Position numbers and translations under genes: made by a program
In this document: piece after piece, positions 27,228 through 35,437 of the stretch
Layout: every line of letters starts with the position of its first letter
Numbering within the stretch: the first letter of the stretch is position 1
NCBI GenBank assembly: GCA_934120265.1
Contig: CAKOTU010000003.1
Coordinates: 1,379 to 65,378, forward strand
Length of the DNA stretch: 64,000 bases
Direction of reading: 5' to 3'
DNA from: an uncultured Bacilli bacterium
GTDB taxonomy: Bacteria > Bacillota_I > Bacilli_A > RF39 > UBA660
Notes under the pieces: model-generated
What the model was told of the DNA's origin: nothing
The model's input: the letters and a program-made list of their open reading frames with translations, nothing else
Database searches by the model: none

Positions 27228-28479
27228 TATCTTTAAGTTGTTGTTATTAATGTTATTATTTGTGCCTGTCACTATTTTGGCAGGTAGTAGTAATGATGAT
27301 GCAACAGAGTTACCAATTCCAGATTTTAAACAAGAGTATACTAACAATTATTCTGAAATTTATACTTGTGATTATAGAATTAATTTGTCTTCTGAATCTG
27401 TTTTTTTTGGGACTTTTGATTTTTCTATAAATTTTTCTAAGGCAGGTAACGGGGCTAGAATTATAGTTAATCAAGTTTCTGATTTTTCTGACTTAACTGA
27501 TTTGGATGTTAGTCAAGTAAAGGCTGTGAATGCTATAAAATCAATTTCTTATAATAATGGATACTCTTGTCCTCGTTTAATGGCATTCCTAAAGGAAGAA
27601 GAAGATACACAGACTGGGAAACTTATAGAAATATTTGAAGTTAAAGATTATGATTCTACTGAATATAACAAATATAAATCTGGTGGAGGTGTAACTAACA
27701 AGTATTATGTGTTAAATAATTATAAAAAATCTTCTTATAATTGTAATTATAATAAAGATGATTGTAATTCTCAACAATACTGTAAATATGCCTTAGTTGA
27801 TTCTGGGCATAAAGAATATAAATGTGTAGAAGTAAAGTATGGTGAAAAGCAAACCCCACCAGAGAATACTACGCGTACAGAAGTATGTTCAGGATATGTT
27901 GAATCTATTTTTAAACAGACTCTTGAATATTCCTTTTCAGCTAGTGGCGCACTTCAAGTATCTTTAGGGTCTGGTAATTTTTCTTTTAGCGGGTCTACTA
28001 ATTTTGTTGATAAACAGGGACAGCTTTATGATTTATGGAAAAATGGTAAATGTTGTTCAAATAATAAATTAGGAATTAATTATAATACGGATTCAACAGA
28101 ATTATCTTGTGACAATTCTTCATCTGCATGGAATTATGATAACCCAAATGATTATAATGAAGATAAAGATAAATATAATCCGGGTGAAGACGTATCAGGT
28201 TGTGAAGTAGTACCTGAAGAGGTTCGAAAATGGATAAAAATATCTCTAAACTTTATAAAGTATATAGCTCTAATATTGGTAATAGTATTAGGGACAATAG
28301 ATTTTATAAAAGCTGCAGGATCAGGAGAACCAGATGCAATGAAAAAAGCAGGTCAATCATTTATAAAAAGAGTAATAGCAGTAATCATATTATTCTTACT
28401 TCCAATGATAATTGATTTAATACTACACTTAATCAATTTATATGGTTCAACAGATGATTGCTTTGATGTATTAAAGTAA
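27214..28479 (+). CDS. Signal-peptide protein: variable Cys-rich ectodomain fused to VirB2-like hairpin anchor (fusion paralog A)
   Basis: 421 aa. Signal peptide (LLLMLLFVPVTILAG), ectodomain of about 300 aa with many Cys, then GCEVVPEEVRKWI-TM1-DFIKAAGSGEPDAMKKAGQSFIKR-TM2-DDCFDVLK. Confidence 0.6.
   Translation: MKKSNIFKLLLLMLLFVPVTILAGSSNDDATELPIPDFKQEYTNNYSEIYTCDYRINLSSESVFFGTFDFSINFSKAGNGARIIVNQVSDFSDLTDLDVSQVKAVNAIKSISYNNGYSCPRLMAFLKEEEDTQTGKLIEIFEVKDYDSTEYNKYKSGGGVTNKYYVLNNYKKSSYNCNYNKDDCNSQQYCKYALVDSGHKEYKCVEVKYGEKQTPPENTTRTEVCSGYVESIFKQTLEYSFSASGALQVSLGSGNFSFSGSTNFVDKQGQLYDLWKNGKCCSNNKLGINYNTDSTELSCDNSSSAWNYDNPNDYNEDKDKYNPGEDVSGCEVVPEEVRKWIKISLNFIKYIALILVIVLGTIDFIKAAGSGEPDAMKKAGQSFIKRVIAVIILFLLPMIIDLILHLINLYGSTDDCFDVLK
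28171..28479 (+). repeat. Conserved 3' cassette, copy A (shared with 56212-56511 and 57416-57724)
   Basis: By-eye alignment to copy C shows roughly 18 mismatches over about 309 nt, including an identical stretch of about 105 nt. Confidence 0.8.
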
Positions 28480-28528
28480 CTTATGTTACTTTTTCTTTTT
28501 ATTTTCATATACTGTAATAGGTGATTAG

Positions 28529-28819
28529 ATGATTAATAATATTTCTGTTGTTGATTTGAAAAAAGTATGTGATAGAGTTAATATTATTGATTTAAGAGGC
28601 ATTGAAAGTTATAATAATAGTCATATAGAAGGAGCTAAGAATATAGAATTTAATAAATTATTAATTAGTCCAAATCTTTATTTAGATAAGAATTTAGTTT
28701 ATTATGTATATTGTCAAAAAGGTAAAAAAAGTTTGAAATTATGTGAAATATTAGGTAGACAAGGTTATAAATTAGTTAATATAAATGGTGGCTATGAAGC
28801 TTGGATTTTAAATAAATAA
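28529..28819 (+). CDS. Single-domain rhodanese-like protein
   Basis: 96 aa. Active-site loop YCQKGKKS, HIEGAKNI motif, terminal GGYEAW. Confidence 0.7.
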   Translation: MINNISVVDLKKVCDRVNIIDLRGIESYNNSHIEGAKNIEFNKLLISPNLYLDKNLVYYVYCQKGKKSLKLCEILGRQGYKLVNINGGYEAWILNK

Positions 28820-28871
28820 GATATTTTGGTATATCTTATTTTCTTTTTCTTTCAAATATAATATAATTAGT

Positions 28872-29960
28872 ATGGTGATAAAAATGGAATACATAATTAT
28901 AGGAATGCTAGTAATCTTAATAATAATCGGGGTTATTTCACTTATGAAAAACATTAATGAATCTAATATAACAGAGAGATTAGGTAAGCTAGAGACTAAC
29001 GTCATTAAGGAGATGGGTGAGTTTAAGAGCAGTATAAATCGTGATATGAACGATGATTTTACTAAATTAAGTGAAGGAATAGAACTTAAGCTTAGATTAA
29101 TTAATGATCGTGTTAATGAAAGACTTGATGAAAACTTTGAAAAAACTAATAAAACCTTTACTTCTGTATTAGAACGTCTTAGTAAAATAGATGAAGCCCA
29201 AAAGAAAATCGATACACTATCAACTGATATTGTTTCTCTTCAAGGTGTATTAACAGATAAAAAAACTAGAGGTATTTTTGGAGAAGTAAGTCTTAAACAT
29301 ATTTTGAGTAGTGTGTTTGGAGAAAACAACAAAAGAATTTATGAACTTCAACATACTTTTGATAATGGTGTAATAGCGGATTGTGTATTATTTGCACCAG
29401 AACCATTAGGGGTTATTGCTATTGATTCAAAATTTCCACTTGAAAATTATCAAATTATGGTGGATAAAAATAATGATATTGGCGTTAGAACTAGTGCAGA
29501 AAAATTATTTAAAAGTGATATGAAAAAACATATTGATGCTATAGCGAGTAAATACATCATTCCAGGTGTTACAACAGATCAGGCAATTATGTTTTTACCA
29601 GCCGAGGCTATATTTGCAGAAATTAATGCTTATCATCAAGATTTAATTGACTATGCTTACAAAAAAAGAGTTTGGATTACATCTCCAACTACTTTGATTA
29701 GTACATTAACAACTCTACAAATAATTATTAAAAATATAGAAAGAGATAAATATACTAAAGTTATACATCAGGAATTAAGGTTACTTGATGAAGAATTTAA
29801 AAGGTATAAAGATAGATGGGATAAGTTATATCGTAGTATTGAAACTGTTTCTAAAGACGTAAAAGATATACATACAACAACTGATAAAATAACAAAAAGA
29901 TTTAATAGTATAAATCAAGTAGAAATGGGGGAACTTACTTATAATGAAGAAGATAAATAA
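28872..29960 (+). CDS. rmuC: DNA recombination protein RmuC
   Basis: 362 aa. N-terminal TM, coiled-coil region, and conserved C-terminal blocks (DSKFPLENY, FLPAEAIFAE, ITSPTTL). Confidence 0.8.
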   Translation: MVIKMEYIIIGMLVILIIIGVISLMKNINESNITERLGKLETNVIKEMGEFKSSINRDMNDDFTKLSEGIELKLRLINDRVNERLDENFEKTNKTFTSVLERLSKIDEAQKKIDTLSTDIVSLQGVLTDKKTRGIFGEVSLKHILSSVFGENNKRIYELQHTFDNGVIADCVLFAPEPLGVIAIDSKFPLENYQIMVDKNNDIGVRTSAEKLFKSDMKKHIDAIASKYIIPGVTTDQAIMFLPAEAIFAEINAYHQDLIDYAYKKRVWITSPTTLISTLTTLQIIIKNIERDKYTKVIHQELRLLDEEFKRYKDRWDKLYRSIETVSKDVKDIHTTTDKITKRFNSINQVEMGELTYNEEDK

Positions 29961-30543
29961 TATTATTATAACGTTAATGTTGATTGTTAATACAAGGTGC
30001 ATTGGTTTAACTTTGTTAGGCAAATATAATTCCAACATTCTTGTTTGCTTATCTTTATATCTAATAGTTTTTGCACCTAAAATTCTTAGAAAGTTTAGCC
30101 CTAAAATAAATGATTTAATAGAGTTAATATTTTTAATATTCATTTTATTTGCTCAACTATTAGGAAGTATTTTGCATTTTTATGGAATTATATATTGGTA
30201 CGATTCTTTTATGCATTATATTTCTGGTATTTTAACATCATTTTTAGCTGTTCTTTTATTAGTTTTATTTAATAAATACGATGAAAAAGATAGAGTTTTT
30301 AATATTATATTTATTATATCTATAACTTTGATGGTAGCTGGTTTATGGGAAATATTTGAATTTACAGCTGATAATCTTCTTGGTGGAGATGCTCAAAAGG
30401 TTTTAACTACAGGAGTTACAGATACAATGAAAGATATAATTTGTGCATTACTTGGAAGTATTTTATTTTCTTTTTGCTATTTATATGAATGTGTAAAAAA
30501 GAAGAATTTAGTTATAAAAGATTTTATAAAAAAACTGATTTAG
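29944..30543 (+). CDS. Integral membrane protein (possibly DUF2238/YjdF-like)
   Basis: 199 aa, 5-6 TM helices, WYDSFMHYISG and WEIFEF motifs. The family call is tentative. Confidence 0.5.
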   Translation: MKKINNIIITLMLIVNTRCIGLTLLGKYNSNILVCLSLYLIVFAPKILRKFSPKINDLIELIFLIFILFAQLLGSILHFYGIIYWYDSFMHYISGILTSFLAVLLLVLFNKYDEKDRVFNIIFIISITLMVAGLWEIFEFTADNLLGGDAQKVLTTGVTDTMKDIICALLGSILFSFCYLYECVKKKNLVIKDFIKKLI

Positions 30544-30565
30544 TTTTTCTAAATCAGTTTTTTTA

Positions 30566-31195
30566 TTAAAATTTTCCTCCGCCTCCGCCATGAGTTGTAC
30601 CACTTGATGATTCATGTGTTGTTGAACCACCTTGGGAATTATTATTGTTGTTATTATTGTTGTTGTTATTATTATTTGTACCAGCGTTACTTGTTGAAAC
30701 AGTACCAACTTTTTGGCAAGCAGTATAATCATTTAAGAAGCACTTGACACAGTTCATAGCATTTTTTTCATCATCAGGGACTAACACAGCGATCAATGTT
30801 TCTATGATCATGAACACTAAAAATACTACCACTCCTGCTAATAATCGATTAAGAAATTTCTTTTGTGCTTTTTTCATTTCATCTTCTTTTTGAGCAGATA
30901 CAGCTTTTAAAACATCTAGCATACCAGTAATGATAATAATAACAGGTGTAGCAATTTTTAAAATATCATATAAGCTATTTGTAAATTTAGGTAAATTTTC
31001 ATGAAATCTTATACCTCTAACTATATTGCCATCTTGAACTGCACTACCGCCACATGTAAGGTTTCCAACGAAGTCACTTTCTGATGGCTTAGAATTATTG
31101 TCAGCTTTAACTACTACTGGACTTATTATTAAGGTAAATAGTGATAGCATGACCAAACTAAAAACTAATAAATTCTTTTTCATAAAACTCTCCAA
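30566..31195 (-). CDS. VirB2-like hairpin protein with cleavable signal peptide and poly-Asn/Gly-rich C-terminal tail (orphan paralog)
   Basis: 209 aa. Signal peptide …VVVKA/DNN, TCGG motif, TM1-DVLKAVSAQKEDEMKKAQKKFLNR-TM2, MNCVKCF, then a poly-N run and GGGGGKF. Confidence 0.5.
   Translation of the reverse strand: MESFMKKNLLVFSLVMLSLFTLIISPVVVKADNNSKPSESDFVGNLTCGGSAVQDGNIVRGIRFHENLPKFTNSLYDILKIATPVIIIITGMLDVLKAVSAQKEDEMKKAQKKFLNRLLAGVVVFLVFMIIETLIAVLVPDDEKNAMNCVKCFLNDYTACQKVGTVSTSNAGTNNNNNNNNNNNNNSQGGSTTHESSSGTTHGGGGGKF
30638..30676 (-). repeat. Trinucleotide (AAT/AAC) tract encoding about 13 consecutive Asn
   Basis: Plus strand reads att att att gtt gtt att att gtt gtt gtt att att att, in frame with the minus-strand CDS. 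Confidence 0.8.
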
Positions 31196-31329
31196 TCTTA
31201 TTTCTAAATTTATTATAACAACATTTTAAATAAAAATAAATAATAAGTGTTAAATTTTCGTAAAGTTTATTTGAAAATACTATATTTTTAATGCTAAATC
31301 ATTTATAATAAACAATAGAGGTGGAATAG

Positions 31330-33453
31330 ATGGAAGAGCAAATTTTAGAAATATTAAAAAAGAGTGATAAAGCTTTAGATATACACGAAATAAATGATAT
31401 GCTTGGATTTAACACTGTAGAAGAGTTGAAGGAATTAATAAAAGAAACAAACAGGTTAGAAGATGAACTAAAAATATATCGTACAAAGAAAGATCGTTTT
31501 TTACTTTTTAACAATAGTAACTTAAAAATAGGTAAGATGATTGCTAATAAAAAAGGTTATGGTTTTGTAGATATAGAAGGACCTGAAGATGTTTTTGTGG
31601 CGCCTACTAATATGAATCACGCTATTCATGGAGACGATGTCGTTGTTGAGGTAATCTCCAAAAAAGGATTACAGATGGAAGGGCGTATTGTTAAAATAAT
31701 TAGTCGTAAGTTAAAACAAATGGTAGGAGAAATATATTTTGATAAGTTTGGGAAACCATTTGTTGACTTAGACGATGATAAAGTAAAGATCACTGTAGAA
31801 TTAGATAAAAACAATTTAAAGGGAGCAATGCCTGGACATAAAGTTCTAGTAAAAATTACTAAGAAATTAAAAGATAATAATTATTGCGGTGAAGTAGTAA
31901 GAATCTTAGGACATAAAAATGATCCTGGTGTAGATATTTTATCTATTGTTGCCAAATATGAAATACCTGATACTTTTCCAGATACTGTTATCAAAGAGTT
32001 AGATACTATTCCAGATAGCGTAAGTGAAGAAGAGATGAAGGGAAGAACTGACTTACGTGACGAAGTAATATTTACTATTGATGGTGATGATACTAAAGAT
32101 ATAGATGATGCGATATCGATTGAAAAGTTAGAAAATGGTAATTATAAACTTGGTGTTCATATTGCTGATGTTAGTTATTATGTAAAAGAAGGATCTAAGT
32201 TAGATGATGAAGCATATCTTAGAGGTACTAGTGTTTATTTAGCTGACAGAGTTATTCCAATGTTACCTCGTAAACTTTCTAATGGAATTTGTTCTTTAAA
32301 TCCAAATGAAGATAGACTTGCTATGTCATGTGTTATGGAAATAGATGGTAAAGGTAATGTTGTTGATTATGATATTTTTGAAAGTGTAATTAGATCACGA
32401 ATTCAAATGACCTATAAAAATGTTAATAACATTTTAGAAAAAGATATTGTAAATCCGGATTATGAACCTTATGTTGATAAACTAAAATTGATGGCCGATC
32501 TTGCTAAAATTTTAAGAAAAAATAAGGAAAGACGCGGATATATTGACTTTGATATTGATGAAGCTAAAATAATTGTTAATGATGATGGTAAAGCTATTGA
32601 TATTGTAAAAAGAGAACGTGGTACTGGAGAAAAATTAATTGAAGACTTTATGATTGCAGCTAATGAAACTGTTGCGACTCACGTTTATTTTATGGAACTT
32701 CCATTCTTATATCGTATCCACGGGGAACCTAGTGAAGAAAAAATCAATAATTTCTTAAAATTTATTAGCATTTTAGGGTACAAAGTAAATGTTAAAGTAA
32801 AACAAATTACACCATTTGTACTTCAAGATATTCTTGAACAGTTAAAAGATAAGAAAGAGTTTCATATTCTATCTTGTATGTTACTAAGATGTATGCAAAA
32901 AGCTGTTTATGATAAAAATAATATTGGTCACTTTGGACTTGGAAGTAAGTGCTATACTCACTTTACATCACCTATAAGAAGATACCCAGATACAACAGTT
33001 CATCGTTTACTTCGTAAATATTTGTTTCAGCATAAATTAGACCGTGATACAATCAATTATATAGATGAAAAATTAACAATAATTGGAGAACATACTTCAA
33101 ATACAGAGAGAAATGCGGCAGACTGTGAACGTGAAGTTGATGATATGAAGATGGCTGAGTATATGATGGATCATATAGGAGAAGAATATACTGGTATGAT
33201 TAATACAATTACTAATTTTGGCATGTTTGTTGAGCTTCCTAATTTAGTAGAAGGATTAGTTAGACTAGACGATCTAACCGATGATTACTATGTTTATGAT
33301 GAAGAAACATTCTCATTAAGGGGTGCTCATAATAAACGAGGATATCGTCTAGGAGATATTATAAGAGTTAAAGTAAAAGCTGCTAATAAAGAAGCAAAAA
33401 CTATTGATTTTGTTGTAGTAAGAGAAACAGGAGATCAAGATGGAGATAAATAA
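31330..33453 (+). CDS. rnr: Ribonuclease R
   Basis: 707 aa. Cold-shock/OB N-terminus, RNB domain (DGDDTKDIDDAISIE, RVIPMLP), C-terminal S1 domain (GMINTITNFGMFVEL). Confidence 0.9.
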   Translation: MEEQILEILKKSDKALDIHEINDMLGFNTVEELKELIKETNRLEDELKIYRTKKDRFLLFNNSNLKIGKMIANKKGYGFVDIEGPEDVFVAPTNMNHAIHGDDVVVEVISKKGLQMEGRIVKIISRKLKQMVGEIYFDKFGKPFVDLDDDKVKITVELDKNNLKGAMPGHKVLVKITKKLKDNNYCGEVVRILGHKNDPGVDILSIVAKYEIPDTFPDTVIKELDTIPDSVSEEEMKGRTDLRDEVIFTIDGDDTKDIDDAISIEKLENGNYKLGVHIADVSYYVKEGSKLDDEAYLRGTSVYLADRVIPMLPRKLSNGICSLNPNEDRLAMSCVMEIDGKGNVVDYDIFESVIRSRIQMTYKNVNNILEKDIVNPDYEPYVDKLKLMADLAKILRKNKERRGYIDFDIDEAKIIVNDDGKAIDIVKRERGTGEKLIEDFMIAANETVATHVYFMELPFLYRIHGEPSEEKINNFLKFISILGYKVNVKVKQITPFVLQDILEQLKDKKEFHILSCMLLRCMQKAVYDKNNIGHFGLGSKCYTHFTSPIRRYPDTTVHRLLRKYLFQHKLDRDTINYIDEKLTIIGEHTSNTERNAADCEREVDDMKMAEYMMDHIGEEYTGMINTITNFGMFVELPNLVEGLVRLDDLTDDYYVYDEETFSLRGAHNKRGYRLGDIIRVKVKAANKEAKTIDFVVVRETGDQDGDK

Positions 33454-33880
33454 TAGAAAAGCATATCATGATTACTTTGTTTTAGAAGAGTATGAAGCAG
33501 GGATTGTTTTAACTGGAACAGAAATAAAATCAATAAGAGAAAATGGTGCTAATATAAAAGACAGTTATGCCATTATAAAAAATGGTGAGGCGTTTCTTTT
33601 AAATATGCACATTAGCAAATATGAACAAGGAAATATATTCAACCATGATGAAACAAGAACAAGAAAACTTCTATTAAATAAAAGAGAAATATTTAAAATG
33701 AGGGATGCAGTAACTTTAAGTGGTAATACTTTAATACCTTTAAAAGCTTATTTTAATAAGGGAAAACTTAAAATATTAATTGGTATTTGTAAGGGTAAAA
33801 AAAATTATGATAAGAGAGAAAGTATTAAAGAAAGAGACATAAAAAGAGAAATTCAAAAAGATTTTAAGAATAATATTTAA
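33440..33880 (+). CDS. smpB: SsrA-binding protein SmpB
   Basis: 146 aa. NRKAYHDYFVLEEYEAGIVLTGTEIKSIR and RTRKLLL motifs. Overlaps the rnr stop. Confidence 0.9.
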   Translation: MEINNRKAYHDYFVLEEYEAGIVLTGTEIKSIRENGANIKDSYAIIKNGEAFLLNMHISKYEQGNIFNHDETRTRKLLLNKREIFKMRDAVTLSGNTLIPLKAYFNKGKLKILIGICKGKKNYDKRESIKERDIKREIQKDFKNNI

Positions 33881-33940
33881 AATCGTTGAAAAATATATGG
33901 AATAATGCTATAATTTATGTAAATAAGGAGGTTATTTGTT

Positions 33941-35422
33941 ATGCCAGATGAGAGTTATTACAAAGAAAGAGGCGAAGAAAAAAGCTGGCCTAAAATTATT
34001 TTAATAGTTTTAGGAGCATTAGTGTTAGCACTAATCATATTTTTACTAATAAAAGGCTGCAGTGGAAGCAAAGTTAGTGGAGATATGGAAAATGATTTAT
34101 TAAATGCAGGAAAGGAATATTACCAAACAGATGAGTCTTTATTACCACAAGCTAGTGGAGAATGTAAAACTGTTACATTAGGTACATTAATTGAAGAAGA
34201 ATTACTAAGTTCTGATAAATACAGTAATTGTAATAAAGATAAAACATATGTTAAAGTTTGTAAGTTAGAAAGTGGAAGTTATCACTATCTACCAGTATTA
34301 CAATGTGGTTCAACTTTAGCAGATGATAATTTTACAAAATGGTCTGAAGGAACTGAAAGTGATTTAGTAAAAGATAAATCAGACGTTAGATTTACTTTTA
34401 AAGGTGAAGCTTTAGAAGTATCTAAAGAAAATTTAGCAACAGAAGAAGAAGGATGGGCTGATGAAATAAAAGGTTTAAATTATAAAACAATTTCATCAAC
34501 AACATACTATCGTTATAGAGATTTAGTTTATAAGTGGAAAACAACTACTAGAAAATATTATAGTGAAAATACTTTCTATATAAGTGCTCCGTCAAGTGAA
34601 TATACTGAATCTGAATCAGTAGGAGCAGGATGGAAGTGGTATAAAGCAGGTACTGCAACTGTTAATTCTCAAAGTAGAATTATGGCTCAACCATTCCAAT
34701 ACATATGTTACAATACTGCAACAGGTGATGTTGCTAAAGTAAATGTATGGGATAGTAATGGGCAACCACAAACTTGTGCATCAAAGGGTGCAAATTGGAT
34801 TAATCCAGATGGCGGAAGAACATATACATGTGGGGATCCAAAAAGTGGAAGTGCTGAAGCTTTAAAACAAGGCGGCCCAGATACCATTTGTGCTGCTTCA
34901 TGTGCAACAGGTACTTTAAGTAGTGATAAAAAAACTTGTACTTATACAACTAAGACATATTATCCAAGTAATGCAAGTAGTGCATCAGGAGAAAAAACTT
35001 ATTATCAAAGTGCTCCTGCAAGTGGTTTAGTTAAAGATGAAAGTACTGTAGCGCAAGTTTCAAAATGGTTTAAGACAATTACAAATGTAACTGATAAGTA
35101 TTATGCTACAGCTCCTTCAACAGGTGCTACAAAAGCAAGTGATGGTGTTTGGGGAAATTGGAGTAATTATCAAACAGCTCAACCAAAAGCTTATTCAGGT
35201 ACTAGACAAATTGAAAGTAGAATTAAGGTAAAATATCAAAAAATAACTGAGGTTAATGGTGCTAGCATATGGAAAGCTATTACTGATGGTTATGTTTCAG
35301 AAAGTGAATTAATTAGTGCTTTCCAAGCTGCTAATTATCAAGTTAACACTTTAAAAGAAATAGAAGATGCAAGTGATTTAAGATATCAAGTTAAATTAGA
35401 ATATAGAAATAGAAAGAAATAA
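33941..35422 (+). CDS. Membrane-anchored Cys-containing surface protein with internal YY-x-SAP-type repeats
   Basis: 493 aa. N-terminal TM. Membrane-proximal module (ESLLPQASGECKTVTLGTL … VLQCG) is paralogous to the one in 51238-52326. Repeated motifs: TFYISAPSSEY, KTYYQSAPASG, DKYYATAPSTG. Confidence 0.6.
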   Translation: MPDESYYKERGEEKSWPKIILIVLGALVLALIIFLLIKGCSGSKVSGDMENDLLNAGKEYYQTDESLLPQASGECKTVTLGTLIEEELLSSDKYSNCNKDKTYVKVCKLESGSYHYLPVLQCGSTLADDNFTKWSEGTESDLVKDKSDVRFTFKGEALEVSKENLATEEEGWADEIKGLNYKTISSTTYYRYRDLVYKWKTTTRKYYSENTFYISAPSSEYTESESVGAGWKWYKAGTATVNSQSRIMAQPFQYICYNTATGDVAKVNVWDSNGQPQTCASKGANWINPDGGRTYTCGDPKSGSAEALKQGGPDTICAASCATGTLSSDKKTCTYTTKTYYPSNASSASGEKTYYQSAPASGLVKDESTVAQVSKWFKTITNVTDKYYATAPSTGATKASDGVWGNWSNYQTAQPKAYSGTRQIESRIKVKYQKITEVNGASIWKAITDGYVSESELISAFQAANYQVNTLKEIEDASDLRYQVKLEYRNRKK

Positions 35423-35437
35423 AAAGGAGGTAATAGA

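Noticed and set aside
28230-28415. 61-68-aa alternate-frame ORFs conserved in three places (28230-28415, 56262-56468, 57475-57660)
   Set aside because: Their conservation is simply a consequence of lying inside the near-identical 3' cassette. They are out of frame with well-supported CDSs and lack RBSs.
28480-28528. Looked for a direct repeat of the tRNA-Leu 3' end marking a downstream island junction
   Set aside because: No match to ggttcgagtccgactaccgg was seen here or at the other intergenic gaps after the cluster (about 31.2 kb). I cannot exclude a short degenerate remnant without a computed search.
29826-30143. 105-aa minus-strand ORF spanning the rmuC / membrane-protein junction, and similar short antisense ORFs (372-686, 10222-10509, 13788-14000, 41492-41846, 43370-43633, 47952-49366, 54394-54639)
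   Set aside because: All are embedded antisense or out of frame within strongly supported conserved genes and have no start-site signals.
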